Part shown: positions 42,348-51,468 of the stretch, piece after piece | How the letters are laid out: every line of letters starts with the position of its first letter | Position numbering within the stretch: position 1 is the first letter of the stretch | Made by a program: the position numbers and the translations under genes | The notes under the pieces: model-generated | What the model was told of the DNA's origin: nothing | Database searches by the model: none | The model's input: the letters and a program-made list of their open reading frames with translations, nothing else | NCBI GenBank assembly: GCA_965644265.1 | Contig: OZ286472.1 | Location: 51,336,001-51,400,000, forward strand | DNA length: 64,000 bases | Reading direction: 5' to 3' | Origin: Glycera tridactyla | Taxonomy: Eukaryota

Positions 42348-43186
42348 TATATACAACTATTCCTAGGAAGTATCGGTACAATAGGCATCCATATCTACTT
42401 CTCAACCCTCAACATCACACCCAGAATTTTATGGTATTTCCAAAGTCACTGTAAGCCCCAGACCATAAGATTTTCTGACAGGTGTGTTGGCCCCTGTGGC
42501 TCAACAAATAGAAACACCATGGGCCATATCTTTGAATAATGGGCCATCCATTTAGTTTTTTTCCAACATCATGTTAACAGGAATGGTAAATCTGGGCCTG
42601 TTCACCAATTGCAGGGGATAAGCAGAAATGGCTTTGATGATCTGAAGGTTTCTAGAGCATGCATGTAGGAGATAAACCAACTTCAATAGACAGCCCACCT
42701 CCAGTAGGGTTCAAGTGTCTACACTAAGCCCTGCCCCAATGGTACTAACAGGTAGATTCGCTGGTAAGGCGTTGTCCGTACACCTGCATAATGGGCAGGC
42801 CCATGATCCTGATTAAGTCACTAATTTATTGGGGGGGGGGGGGGGGGGGAGTAGTAGTGGAAATGCTGCGGTCAGGTGAAAAATAATTCCACCTGACAGA
42901 AGGGCAGGTGAAGTAGAAAGTCAATGTAAAGCCTTTGATTCCAGGATCAAACATCTGAAAAAGGAACCAACCACCTGCAAGAATAGAACAACCAGATGCA
43001 AACAGGAGGTGGGTGAATGAATATTTCAGTTTCCAACCCTTGTCATAACATACTAATGTCAAGCCCTGGCATCGTGTACAAGCTCCTTGATACTCTATAA
43101 GAAAAATTGGGCCCTACACCTACAGTCCTTACCAGTAGTGGATCAAGTTGCTTTCTAGAGGTTTTTGAACAAATACTGGGGCATCT

Positions 43187-43401
43187 CAGGGCTCTACGTT
43201 GCTACCTGTGTGTAGCCAGTGGCAACCAAATTTATCTTCTGGCTACCATATTTTAATAGTTGGGAGCCAGCTGCCCAAAAGATTTTGAGAGGTTGTAATT
43301 GGCAATGTATTGACTGGCTACCAAAATTCTGCATTGGCTACCAAAAATTTCAACTTCGGAGCCACCTGGCTCCTGGATATTTTGGCAAACGTAGTGCCCT
43401 G
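43187..43401. mobile_element. CAGGGCTCTAC-ended MITE with 5-bp TSD (hAT5-like)
   Basis: catct|cagggctctacgtt ... aacgtagtgccctg|catct. Confidence 0.85.
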
Positions 43402-44121
43402 CATCTGACAAAAATACTCCATTATCCAAATGAATCGATATTTTGGCATTCTCTCGGCAGATTGTTAGATATAAACCAGATGGCCCATCAACACCTGTAT
43501 ATCTAGTCTTTGACCCAAATATCAGAGCCACCTCAAATATAGATCATGCAAGTCCACTTCCTTCTATCGTTATGAATCCAGCCTTGAGTACAACAAAGGA
43601 TAGCATAATGCTAAGGGCTACTTAATTTCAAAAGAGCACACCAAATGGGAATGCTCACTCAAATTCCAGGTGCAGTGCACTTTTTGAACTGGGATAAAAA
43701 AAGTTCCCTGTGTGCAGCAGAGGGTTGCTTGCTGAGTCCCATGTTCAATGTGTTAGTAATGCCTTTGACCAAGTTTTTTCTCTCCAGACCAAATGATCTC
43801 TCCCAGGTAGAATGAGATTGACTAACGTTCAAACGAACATGCATTTATGGCATGAAACACAGCAATTGCAACGAATGGCAATCAATCATCCATCAACTCT
43901 GATCAGCCTCCTACCCCCCCCCCCCCCCCCCCATCTCACTGACACTGACAGCTCAGTTTGTTGATTGCAGTTGAGTTGAGCCAGCGCGCTACCGCACTTC
44001 CAATCCACGACTGTCAACAGTTGACATACAAATCCAAACAACATAATTACTCTAGAAGTGCCTCAATCTCGAAATTTGGACACTTTTTGCCCGGTACAAA
44101 CCCGCGATTGGTCGTTAAAAC

Positions 44122-44742
44122 TATTTGTGAAAGAAACGACTCTCAACACCAAAATTCAATTTCTGCTGTTTTAATAACAAAATAAGTAATCCCCCGGACT
44201 GCGACACCGGCTGTGGAGTCACAGGGAATCACCTAGTCTAACGAATACATGAATTCCCTAACCACCAAACAATAGATCTTCACTGAATGACCTTGACCTT
44301 GCTCACACCGGACATGTCACCAATTCCGCTATCAAGGTCACGGGACCCACGACCTTGACCAAGGTCATAGGTCAAGGTCACTCAGCAAATCATCTTCCCA
44401 TAGGGAACAACTCTGTGTCAATACTGAAATCATCATCAAAGATAACATTTAACAGCTTATACCAGACTCCTGTATCTCTTCAAGCATCTCTCTATCTACT
44501 AAACCTCTGCTCTCCAACTGCTGCCCATCTGACCACCTTCGTCAGAGGCCACCGTTGACGGCAGCCAACTCAGGAACAATGTGAACTGTTTAACATGAAC
44601 TGTAATGGTTTCCATGGCAACAATAAGACTTGACCTATATATAGCAGATAGACAAGACTCGATCAATCATAACACTGAGAAACAAATCTCATAATACCAA
44701 AATATATAGCATGTGGTGCCTAATTGTACACAATAGCGGCAA
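44122..44742 (-). repeat. Split direct repeat B2 (621 bp, element 3' end)
   Basis: Matches 45043-45663 at constant offset 921; no mismatches seen. Confidence 0.95.
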
Positions 44743-44782
44743 CCCCCTTTCATCTAAGACCGGAGGATGGGGAGGGAGGCGG

Positions 44783-45051
44783 AACTTTTTGTCAGGAGAA
44801 AACACACACACCACCAGCAGCACGCTAGGTGTAATATGGCGGAACGGCGCAGCACGCGCATGTGACGTCACAACGCTCCTGAAGAGCGTCCCGTAGGTGC
44901 GCCCGTCTGCTAGCGTCCTTTTCCAAATCATAGTGACTTACAAGATTCTCCTCCAAATTGCCTCATTTCCGCTTAGCCTCAACCCCACCCAGGTCTTCTT
45001 CTCATTCTCTCACAAATCCCAATCGCTGTCGCTGGATTGGGTTATTTGTGA
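44783..45051 (-). repeat. Split direct repeat A2 (269 bp)
   Basis: Matches 51200-51468 at constant offset 6417; no mismatches seen. Confidence 0.95.
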
Positions 45052-45663
45052 AAGAAACGACTCTCAACACCAAAATTCAATTTCTGCTGTTTTAATAACA
45101 AAATAAGTAATCCCCCGGACTGCGACACCGGCTGTGGAGTCACAGGGAATCACCTAGTCTAACGAATACATGAATTCCCTAACCACCAAACAATAGATCT
45201 TCACTGAATGACCTTGACCTTGCTCACACCGGACATGTCACCAATTCCGCTATCAAGGTCACGGGACCCACGACCTTGACCAAGGTCATAGGTCAAGGTC
45301 ACTCAGCAAATCATCTTCCCATAGGGAACAACTCTGTGTCAATACTGAAATCATCATCAAAGATAACATTTAACAGCTTATACCAGACTCCTGTATCTCT
45401 TCAAGCATCTCTCTATCTACTAAACCTCTGCTCTCCAACTGCTGCCCATCTGACCACCTTCGTCAGAGGCCACCGTTGACGGCAGCCAACTCAGGAACAA
45501 TGTGAACTGTTTAACATGAACTGTAATGGTTTCCATGGCAACAATAAGACTTGACCTATATATAGCAGATAGACAAGACTCGATCAATCATAACACTGAG
45601 AAACAAATCTCATAATACCAAAATATATAGCATGTGGTGCCTAATTGTACACAATAGCGGCAA
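45043..45663 (-). repeat. Split direct repeat B1 (621 bp)
   Basis: Matches 44122-44742; overlaps A2 by the 9-mer tatttgtga (45043-45051). Confidence 0.95.
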
Positions 45664-45722
45664 AAGACTGCACAGTCGCACCACTGCCTCACAACCAACC
45701 TCTCTTCCCCCCCCCCCCCCTT

Positions 45723-46692
45723 TTACATAGCAACCACACCATTCCTAATATATCTTTGAAACGCCCCGGACTTCCACCTTCCTTTCCTCTGGATATTCAC
45801 CACGGTCTCCCCCTCTTCGGCCCAATCGGTACACCTCCCAATCCTGAAGGAGTGAGTGTTGAAACACTTGGGGTCTAACCCACATCTCAAACAGGCCTGC
45901 TTGAGCATATACGCCACTCTAGGACGTGAAACAGGGAGACCACCCCCGTCCGTGAAGAGGTACCCAGGGGATGTCCCTCGAAAACCCAGGTAATGTGACA
46001 TGGCTCTAACAGGGCAAACCTCAATGAGACCTGGTGTAGTCTGAGGACATAATCTGAATTCGTACACTTCCTGAGGGTTGGAATTCGTTTTGAATGACGA
46101 AAAATGTACTTGGTAACCAATAACCGCCCTACCTTGGAGAAGGGACCCTACATTTTCCGCCCTTAAAGCATGGTCGGCAGAGCTAGAAGGGGCAATTTCA
46201 GATATACGTAGACAACCATGATAGGCCCAAGAGTACAACGCAGCCCACATGGCCCTGCCCCTTTCAGTCCCCACCAGCCCAGGAATGGCCCCCATAAGCA
46301 GCCTCAAGATGCTCCTTGTGATAGGCTTCCTATGGTCCCTTCTCTCTTCCAATCTATGAGCTCCTACCAACAACTTCCGAATCCTATAGTCTGCCGGGGG
46401 GGTCCCCCATGCCCCTAATTTTGAACCCATGAGACAAGGCAGTAGCCTGCGATCTCAGCGTGCTTGCCGCATACCCCACTTCCACCAGGGAAGCTAAATA
46501 CATAGCTACAAGTTCAGCCCAAGTACCATGTGCAACTTCAGATCCCAATGTCATACGGAATTTGTGGAAAGCTGACCACGTCCTATCATACATGGCGGCC
46601 GTGGACCCCGCGAAGGCTCTCGACTGCAAAATTCCTACCAGCTCGCTCAATCTGTTGGAATCAGGTCCGAGGGGATTGTCATGGGGCACCAT
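45723..46692 (-). CDS. Tyrosine recombinase (~322 aa if restored); one-base frameshift at C7 run 46396-46402
   Basis: N-part ...AFAGSTAAMYDRTWSAFHKF...STLRSQATALSH...GMGDPP; C-part ADYRIRKLLVG...HGCLRISEI...FKT...THSFRIG...GRWKSGAFQRYIR with R, K, HxxR, W, Y catalytic set. Start (MVPHD, 46692) inferred. Confidence 0.92.
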
Positions 46693-48215
46693 TCCAACCC
46701 TGCTGCCCAGAGCTCTGCCCGAGACACCTGAAAGCGTGATAATCTGTCTGCTAAAACATTGAGCACCCCAGGTATGTGTACCGCCCCAATATGAATGTTG
46801 TGCATAAGACAAGTAAGTACCAGTTTCCTCACCAGAGCCATAATCTGCTTGCACTTGGAAGTACGAGTTTGGAGAATTTTTACCACTGCCATGTTGTCCG
46901 AATGAATCAAAAGCGACCTGTGTTTCAGTGTGTCTATAGACGTCTGAACAGCAGTGACCACCGGGTACATCTCCAAGTAAGCAATACTATGACCGGACCA
47001 GGACACCGGGTATTTGAACTGGAACCAACTGTTACCGAGCACCCCGCCAGCCCCAACATGCGATGCATCAGTGTATAAATGTAGGGTCTCTGGGCTAGTG
47101 AGGGATCTCTGGTCAAAGAACGCCTTGCCATTAAAATTAAAGAGAAAATGATGCCAAAGGCGAAGGTCCTCTTTCATGTCCAAAGTAAGCCTAATGAAGT
47201 AAAATGGCTTGTCGACGCCGACTGTTGCGTCAATGAGGCGCCTAATGAACGGCCTGCCCGGCAGCACCACACCAGCTGCCCATTGCAGTTTTCCAATAAG
47301 GGAGGCCATCTCTGACAGTCGGCACGTGGATTTGGATAAGAGGTCCTCAACCAGTCCTGCATACTCTCTCAATTTTGGCACAGGCAAAGTGGCCAGAAAC
47401 TCTGTGGCTGACAATTCAACACCGAGAAACGTAAGAGACCTGGCCGGACCTTCCGTCTTCTCTGAGGACAATGGAACACCCAGCATGGCACACACTTTCT
47501 GAAATACCCTCATGGCATATAAACAATCCTCATATGTGGGCTCAATCAGTATGAAATCATCAAGATAGTGAACAATGCGCACAAGGCCAAACTTTTCTTG
47601 CAAGACCCAGTGTAGGGCCGTGGAGAAGGACTCAAAGATTTTACAAGCTGAGCTGCAGCCCATCGCCAGACAGCGATCTACGAAAAATTGACCACCAAAT
47701 TTGAAGCCCAGCAGATGATAATCGCTGGGGTGAATCGGCACTAGCCGGAATGCTGATTTGATGTCCAGCTTAGCCATGTACGCATTCCTCCCTATTTGCA
47801 AAATCATAGCTATGGCATCCTGCACACTGGCGTATTGCACAGAAGATGCCACAACTGGTATATTGTAATTCACTGCAGTATGGTCATAGGGGTGAGACAG
47901 ATTATGTAGTAATCGGAATTCCCCCGGTGTTTTCTTAGGTCTAATGGCCAGTGGTGACAACTGGAGAGGGGAAACTGGCGGGGAAGCAAACGGCCCCGCT
48001 ATTCTCCCAGCCAGCATGTCTTTCTCAATGAGTTTCCAAGTAGCAGCGGCATTCTGTCTTACGGAGGCTGAGTTAGAACAAGATTCACAAATGACATGAT
48101 CCTCACAGTTAATACTGAAACCATAACGAAAACCATTGACAACATACAACCTCCTCTGCTCATCATAGCCCACCAGCAACCGGTCTAATTCATTTGGAAG
48201 AATAGGAGTGGGCAT
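46647..48215 (-). CDS. pol: Reverse transcriptase + RNase H (522 aa from MPTP; frame open upstream to 48650, overlapping gag)
   Basis: KLDIKSAFRLVP, LAMGCSSACKIFE, HYLDDF (RT); LYTDAS, LEMYPV, HSDN, NVLADRLSR (RNase H). Confidence 0.96.
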   Translation of the reverse strand: MPTPILPNELDRLLVGYDEQRRLYVVNGFRYGFSINCEDHVICESCSNSASVRQNAAATWKLIEKDMLAGRIAGPFASPPVSPLQLSPLAIRPKKTPGEFRLLHNLSHPYDHTAVNYNIPVVASSVQYASVQDAIAMILQIGRNAYMAKLDIKSAFRLVPIHPSDYHLLGFKFGGQFFVDRCLAMGCSSACKIFESFSTALHWVLQEKFGLVRIVHYLDDFILIEPTYEDCLYAMRVFQKVCAMLGVPLSSEKTEGPARSLTFLGVELSATEFLATLPVPKLREYAGLVEDLLSKSTCRLSEMASLIGKLQWAAGVVLPGRPFIRRLIDATVGVDKPFYFIRLTLDMKEDLRLWHHFLFNFNGKAFFDQRSLTSPETLHLYTDASHVGAGGVLGNSWFQFKYPVSWSGHSIAYLEMYPVVTAVQTSIDTLKHRSLLIHSDNMAVVKILQTRTSKCKQIMALVRKLVLTCLMHNIHIGAVHIPGVLNVLADRLSRFQVSRAELWAAGLEWCPMTIPSDLIPTD

Positions 48216-49929
48216 CTGGCCTGGGACGGGAGTCATTAGATTCTCCCCGTGACCCTCCCCCAGAGGCGTTGCCGTTGGAATTGCCCTTGGGCTTCTTACC
48301 ATGTTTACACGTGTAGACCGGGTGCTGGCCATGCCCACATGGGCAGGTGTGTTTGTAGATACAATTGTCAAACTCACATCTTGTCCCCGGGGTGTGGAAG
48401 TCATAGCAGTATCCCTTCCCAACCTCTGGGGTAACACGAGACTTCGACTTGTTAGCGGAAGACTTACGAAATTCATTCGGCTTCTTGGTCTTAGCGCGTG
48501 CCGCCCTGTTGAACAGGTCCTGTCTGAATGTGGCCCAGGAATAGGGCTCCAACTTGTCCGCCACCATGGCAGCCCGGCCAGACCGGAAATGGTAGTCGTA
48601 GTATAAGAAGTTGAGCCCATCATCTGCCATTGACCTAATTTCTGCGGCATAAGCTACCATGTCAACAGTCTCGTGTTGTTTGGACTTATGAGGGTTAGAG
48701 ATATAAATCGACATATAGATATCAAAGGCGTTCGACCAGTCTTTGATTGCAGTAATCTCTTTCTTCTCCCTAGTGAACCCCAGACGACCCTTGGAAGGGT
48801 CCATGGACAGAAAGAATTCGGTATGGTTTTTAGGGTAGAGAAGTTCTACAAACTCGATCAATTTGTCTGCCCAAATTTCTTCTTTCTTTTCCAGAACAAT
48901 ATTGTACCCAATGGGCATACCCCCCGTGATAACCCTCCCGGGGGCGATCTGGTTGTCCTCGTCATGGATGGAGGCATTGAGCAAGGGCATAAACAAGGAG
49001 TTCTCTTCGAACTTGGAACTCGGCTTTGGAACATTCTCAGACTGTGTATGAGCAAGAGCCTCCTGTAAGTTAGCTAAAGTGACCCCAGGTTGACCCTTCC
49101 CCACATTCAAACCAGTAATAGGAACAACTTTCTCACCACTTGTTGACGTTGTTGTCTTCGTTGTAGGCATCGACGCCTGTACTTGGGAAACCGCTGGCGT
49201 CTCTGACCTCCCTTGCTGCGCAGATGTATGAACGGGAATATGCTGCCCGGGCAGAGTCGACAATCTTTGCTCAAGCGCCAACACCGTATTCGTCAACGAG
49301 CTGATCTGCATCTGAGTCTGTTGCAGGCACTGAGCCAATGTGTCTAAGTCCTGAGCACCCTTTGCACCGCTTATCACCCCACGATCACTAACGAAGCCTG
49401 TTGCTTGTGAACTTGACTGCAGTGCCATGACAGTAGGCCCAGACTGATCCAACGCAGGCTGCGCCGAACCCGGTCCGGGACCACGGTCAGACATAGAAGA
49501 CACCGATGCTAGCCCTCGCCTGTCAATCTTATATCGAGAATTAAACACGGGAAGCATACGCTCCTGAGATGTCACCTGCACCTTTTCCAATGTCAAATCC
49601 GTCTCCATATGAACGGGCGTGATGCTGTCACCGTGACCTGAAGTGCACGCGGCTATCTCCACATCTGTGGTAGGAGCAGTGGGCACCTGCGTCAGCGGAT
49701 ACTCCGCCTCCGGCTCACCCCCCTCCTCCAGCGACTCGTTGGGTGTGAATGTTGTTGTTCCGTCAACCCCGTCACACTCCGTCACACTGGCAGAGTCACT
49801 CTGACCCGTGCCATCATTCTGCAACAACTGGGCCATTTCTGCATATTCTTTCGCCTTGCGACTCTGCGTGATACGACGTTTCGGGCGCGCCCCAGCCGGG
49901 TCCTCGCCCTCGCGTTTCTGACCAACCAT
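48190..49929 (-). CDS. gag: Gag-like ORF (579 aa) with C-terminal Cys/His zinc knuckle
   Basis: WSNAFDIY, YYDYHFR, CYDFHTPGTRCEFDNCIYKHTCPCGHGQHPVYTC typical of DIRS/Ngaro ORF1; uninterrupted. Confidence 0.9.
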   Translation of the reverse strand: MVGQKREGEDPAGARPKRRITQSRKAKEYAEMAQLLQNDGTGQSDSASVTECDGVDGTTTFTPNESLEEGGEPEAEYPLTQVPTAPTTDVEIAACTSGHGDSITPVHMETDLTLEKVQVTSQERMLPVFNSRYKIDRRGLASVSSMSDRGPGPGSAQPALDQSGPTVMALQSSSQATGFVSDRGVISGAKGAQDLDTLAQCLQQTQMQISSLTNTVLALEQRLSTLPGQHIPVHTSAQQGRSETPAVSQVQASMPTTKTTTSTSGEKVVPITGLNVGKGQPGVTLANLQEALAHTQSENVPKPSSKFEENSLFMPLLNASIHDEDNQIAPGRVITGGMPIGYNIVLEKKEEIWADKLIEFVELLYPKNHTEFFLSMDPSKGRLGFTREKKEITAIKDWSNAFDIYMSIYISNPHKSKQHETVDMVAYAAEIRSMADDGLNFLYYDYHFRSGRAAMVADKLEPYSWATFRQDLFNRAARAKTKKPNEFRKSSANKSKSRVTPEVGKGYCYDFHTPGTRCEFDNCIYKHTCPCGHGQHPVYTCKHGKKPKGNSNGNASGGGSRGESNDSRPRPDAHSYSSK

Positions 49930-50032
49930 CTACAAAACACGTGTAAAGTTAACTCAACACCAAGGCACATGACACACCATCATGCGGTGACCGAAATATC
50001 ATGAATCTGAAGAAACATGCGGGAAAACTCAC
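49930..50032 (-). other. Candidate 103-nt spliceosomal intron immediately 5' of the gag ATG
   Basis: caaa|GTGAGT ... gttaac (branch-like) tttacacgtgttttgTAG|ATGG. Confidence 0.6.
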
Positions 50033-50099
50033 TTTGCCCTGTAATCAAGCCTCCGAGTTCTGCACCGTGCGTGCGATCAGGATGCGGTTCGCCTCCAAC

Positions 50100-50260
50100 T
50101 TTCGTCTGCGCCGCGGCCCACGTGCGTGAGCCTCACTCTCGGCTGCCACGTGCGAACTGCACCCGGCCTGTCCGGCCATTGGTCACTCTATCACACGTGA
50201 TCACCATGCTGTAATTGTTAACGTCACAGTGCCAGCCGGCACAGCCAATCAGCGCGCAAG
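50100..50260 (-). promoter_or_regulatory. Candidate internal Pol II promoter upstream of gag
   Basis: CACGTG E-boxes at 50119, 50147, 50194; CCAAT boxes at 50178-50182 and 50243-50252 (agccaatcag); CpG-rich. Confidence 0.45.
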
Positions 50261-50373
50261 TCTCAATTGTTCCTAGGGGGGGGGGTGGGGCAATCAGGCC
50301 CCGGAATAACACAACACCGGCGCCCAAACAACGAGCGCGCGAAAACCAACACCAGCAGAAACTGAGCAAGGCA

Positions 50374-51183
50374 TTAAATTCCTCCGCATGCCTCATCACG
50401 TAAACGGTTGTATGCGGCATAAAACGCCTCTGTCCTGGCTAATTGAGGCACACTCGCAATTATTGCTGCACGCAACTCTCGTTGGTACTTCACGAAATAA
50501 TAGTCGTCGGGAAGGGGCACGCCTGTAGCTGTAGACCCCGGGTGCACGGAGTCCCCGGCATACTCCTCCACCTCCAACTTTTGGCCTCCTTTCCCATTCA
50601 TAAATCCTCGAACGTTGTAGAAGGAGACCCCTTCTTCGTATTGACACCCCGTCAGCACCGCCTCATTAAAGACCTGCATTCGGTCCTCGAACACGTCAGC
50701 CGCCAGTTTAGCCTTAAGAGATCGGTCCCCTCGCCTAATGCACGATAGCAGTGTGACTTGCCCAACCTTGGTGATGTCACGAACATGTCTCGCCATACCC
50801 AACAGGCTATCCGCCACATCCGCAGCATCAGCAAATTCACGTGAAATGTCATTCGTACCGATGTGAATGCATACAAGATCCGGTCTCCCCTGCCTGAGAG
50901 ATTCCAAAGCTGAAAGAGATTCTTTGCAGAGAACGGTAGGCGCGAACAGAAACTTGACAGACTCACATAGACGGTCCAAATTCAAGTAAGATGCGTACAA
51001 CTCTCCCTTGTCCATCCTACCCGATTGCAGGGCTCGACGATGTCCATCTCTGCGAGCCCTCCGCCAGAGCTCCCCCTCTAGCCGCCGCGGGAACGAGTGG
51101 CCAAGCACCACCACTTTGGCCTTCCTATTAAGCGGGACTCCAACTCCTCGCAAATCCCTGGCCTTCTTCCTACCACGAGGCAT
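50374..51183 (-). CDS. SGNH/GDSL hydrolase (esterase)-like ORF, 269 aa from MPRGRKK (in-frame ATG further up at 51348 inside A1)
   Basis: Block I VVVLGHSF, block III HIGTND, block V GDSVHP: putative Ser/Asp/His triad intact; uninterrupted. Confidence 0.85.
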   Translation of the reverse strand: MPRGRKKARDLRGVGVPLNRKAKVVVLGHSFPRRLEGELWRRARRDGHRRALQSGRMDKGELYASYLNLDRLCESVKFLFAPTVLCKESLSALESLRQGRPDLVCIHIGTNDISREFADAADVADSLLGMARHVRDITKVGQVTLLSCIRRGDRSLKAKLAADVFEDRMQVFNEAVLTGCQYEEGVSFYNVRGFMNGKGGQKLEVEEYAGDSVHPGSTATGVPLPDDYYFVKYQRELRAAIIASVPQLARTEAFYAAYNRLRDEACGGI

Positions 51184-51199
51184 CCCCACCGCAAGAGGA

Positions 51200-51468
51200 A
51201 ACTTTTTGTCAGGAGAAAACACACACACCACCAGCAGCACGCTAGGTGTAATATGGCGGAACGGCGCAGCACGCGCATGTGACGTCACAACGCTCCTGAA
51301 GAGCGTCCCGTAGGTGCGCCCGTCTGCTAGCGTCCTTTTCCAAATCATAGTGACTTACAAGATTCTCCTCCAAATTGCCTCATTTCCGCTTAGCCTCAAC
51401 CCCACCCAGGTCTTCTTCTCATTCTCTCACAAATCCCAATCGCTGTCGCTGGATTGGGTTATTTGTGA
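51200..51468 (-). repeat. Split direct repeat A1 (269 bp, element 5' end)
   Basis: Matches A2; contains terminal hairpin, TGTGACGTCACA palindrome (51278-51289, CRE-like) and AATATGGCGG (YY1-like, 51250-51259). Confidence 0.95.

Larger units (their letters stand above)
44122..51468 (-). mobile_element. Full-length Ngaro-type tyrosine-recombinase retrotransposon with split direct repeats (A1-SGNH-gag-RT/RH-YR-B1-A2-B2)
   Basis: A repeat 51200-51468 = 44783-45051; B repeat 45043-45663 = 44122-44742; gag, RT/RH and YR ORFs; pol stops right after RNase H (no methyltransferase, which DIRS1/PAT carry). Confidence 0.93.

Noticed and set aside
214-43900. Most short ORFs in the ORF track
   Set aside because: They are antisense frames of LINE fragments, MITE or low-complexity translations, or gap-spanning; no coding signatures
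44689-44931. 80-aa ORF sharing its N-terminus with the SGNH ORF
   Set aside because: It is only the A2 repeat copy of the A1 sequence; it diverges after PDKKF and has no domain
48216-48650. Upstream 145 codons of the pol ORF
   Set aside because: They overlap gag out of frame and look non-conserved; the conserved pol start is MPTPILP. A gag-pol frameshift is not excluded, but no slippery site was identified
44122-51468. Classification as DIRS1-like or PAT-like
   Set aside because: No inverted terminal repeats or ICR, and no methyltransferase after RNase H; this fits Ngaro
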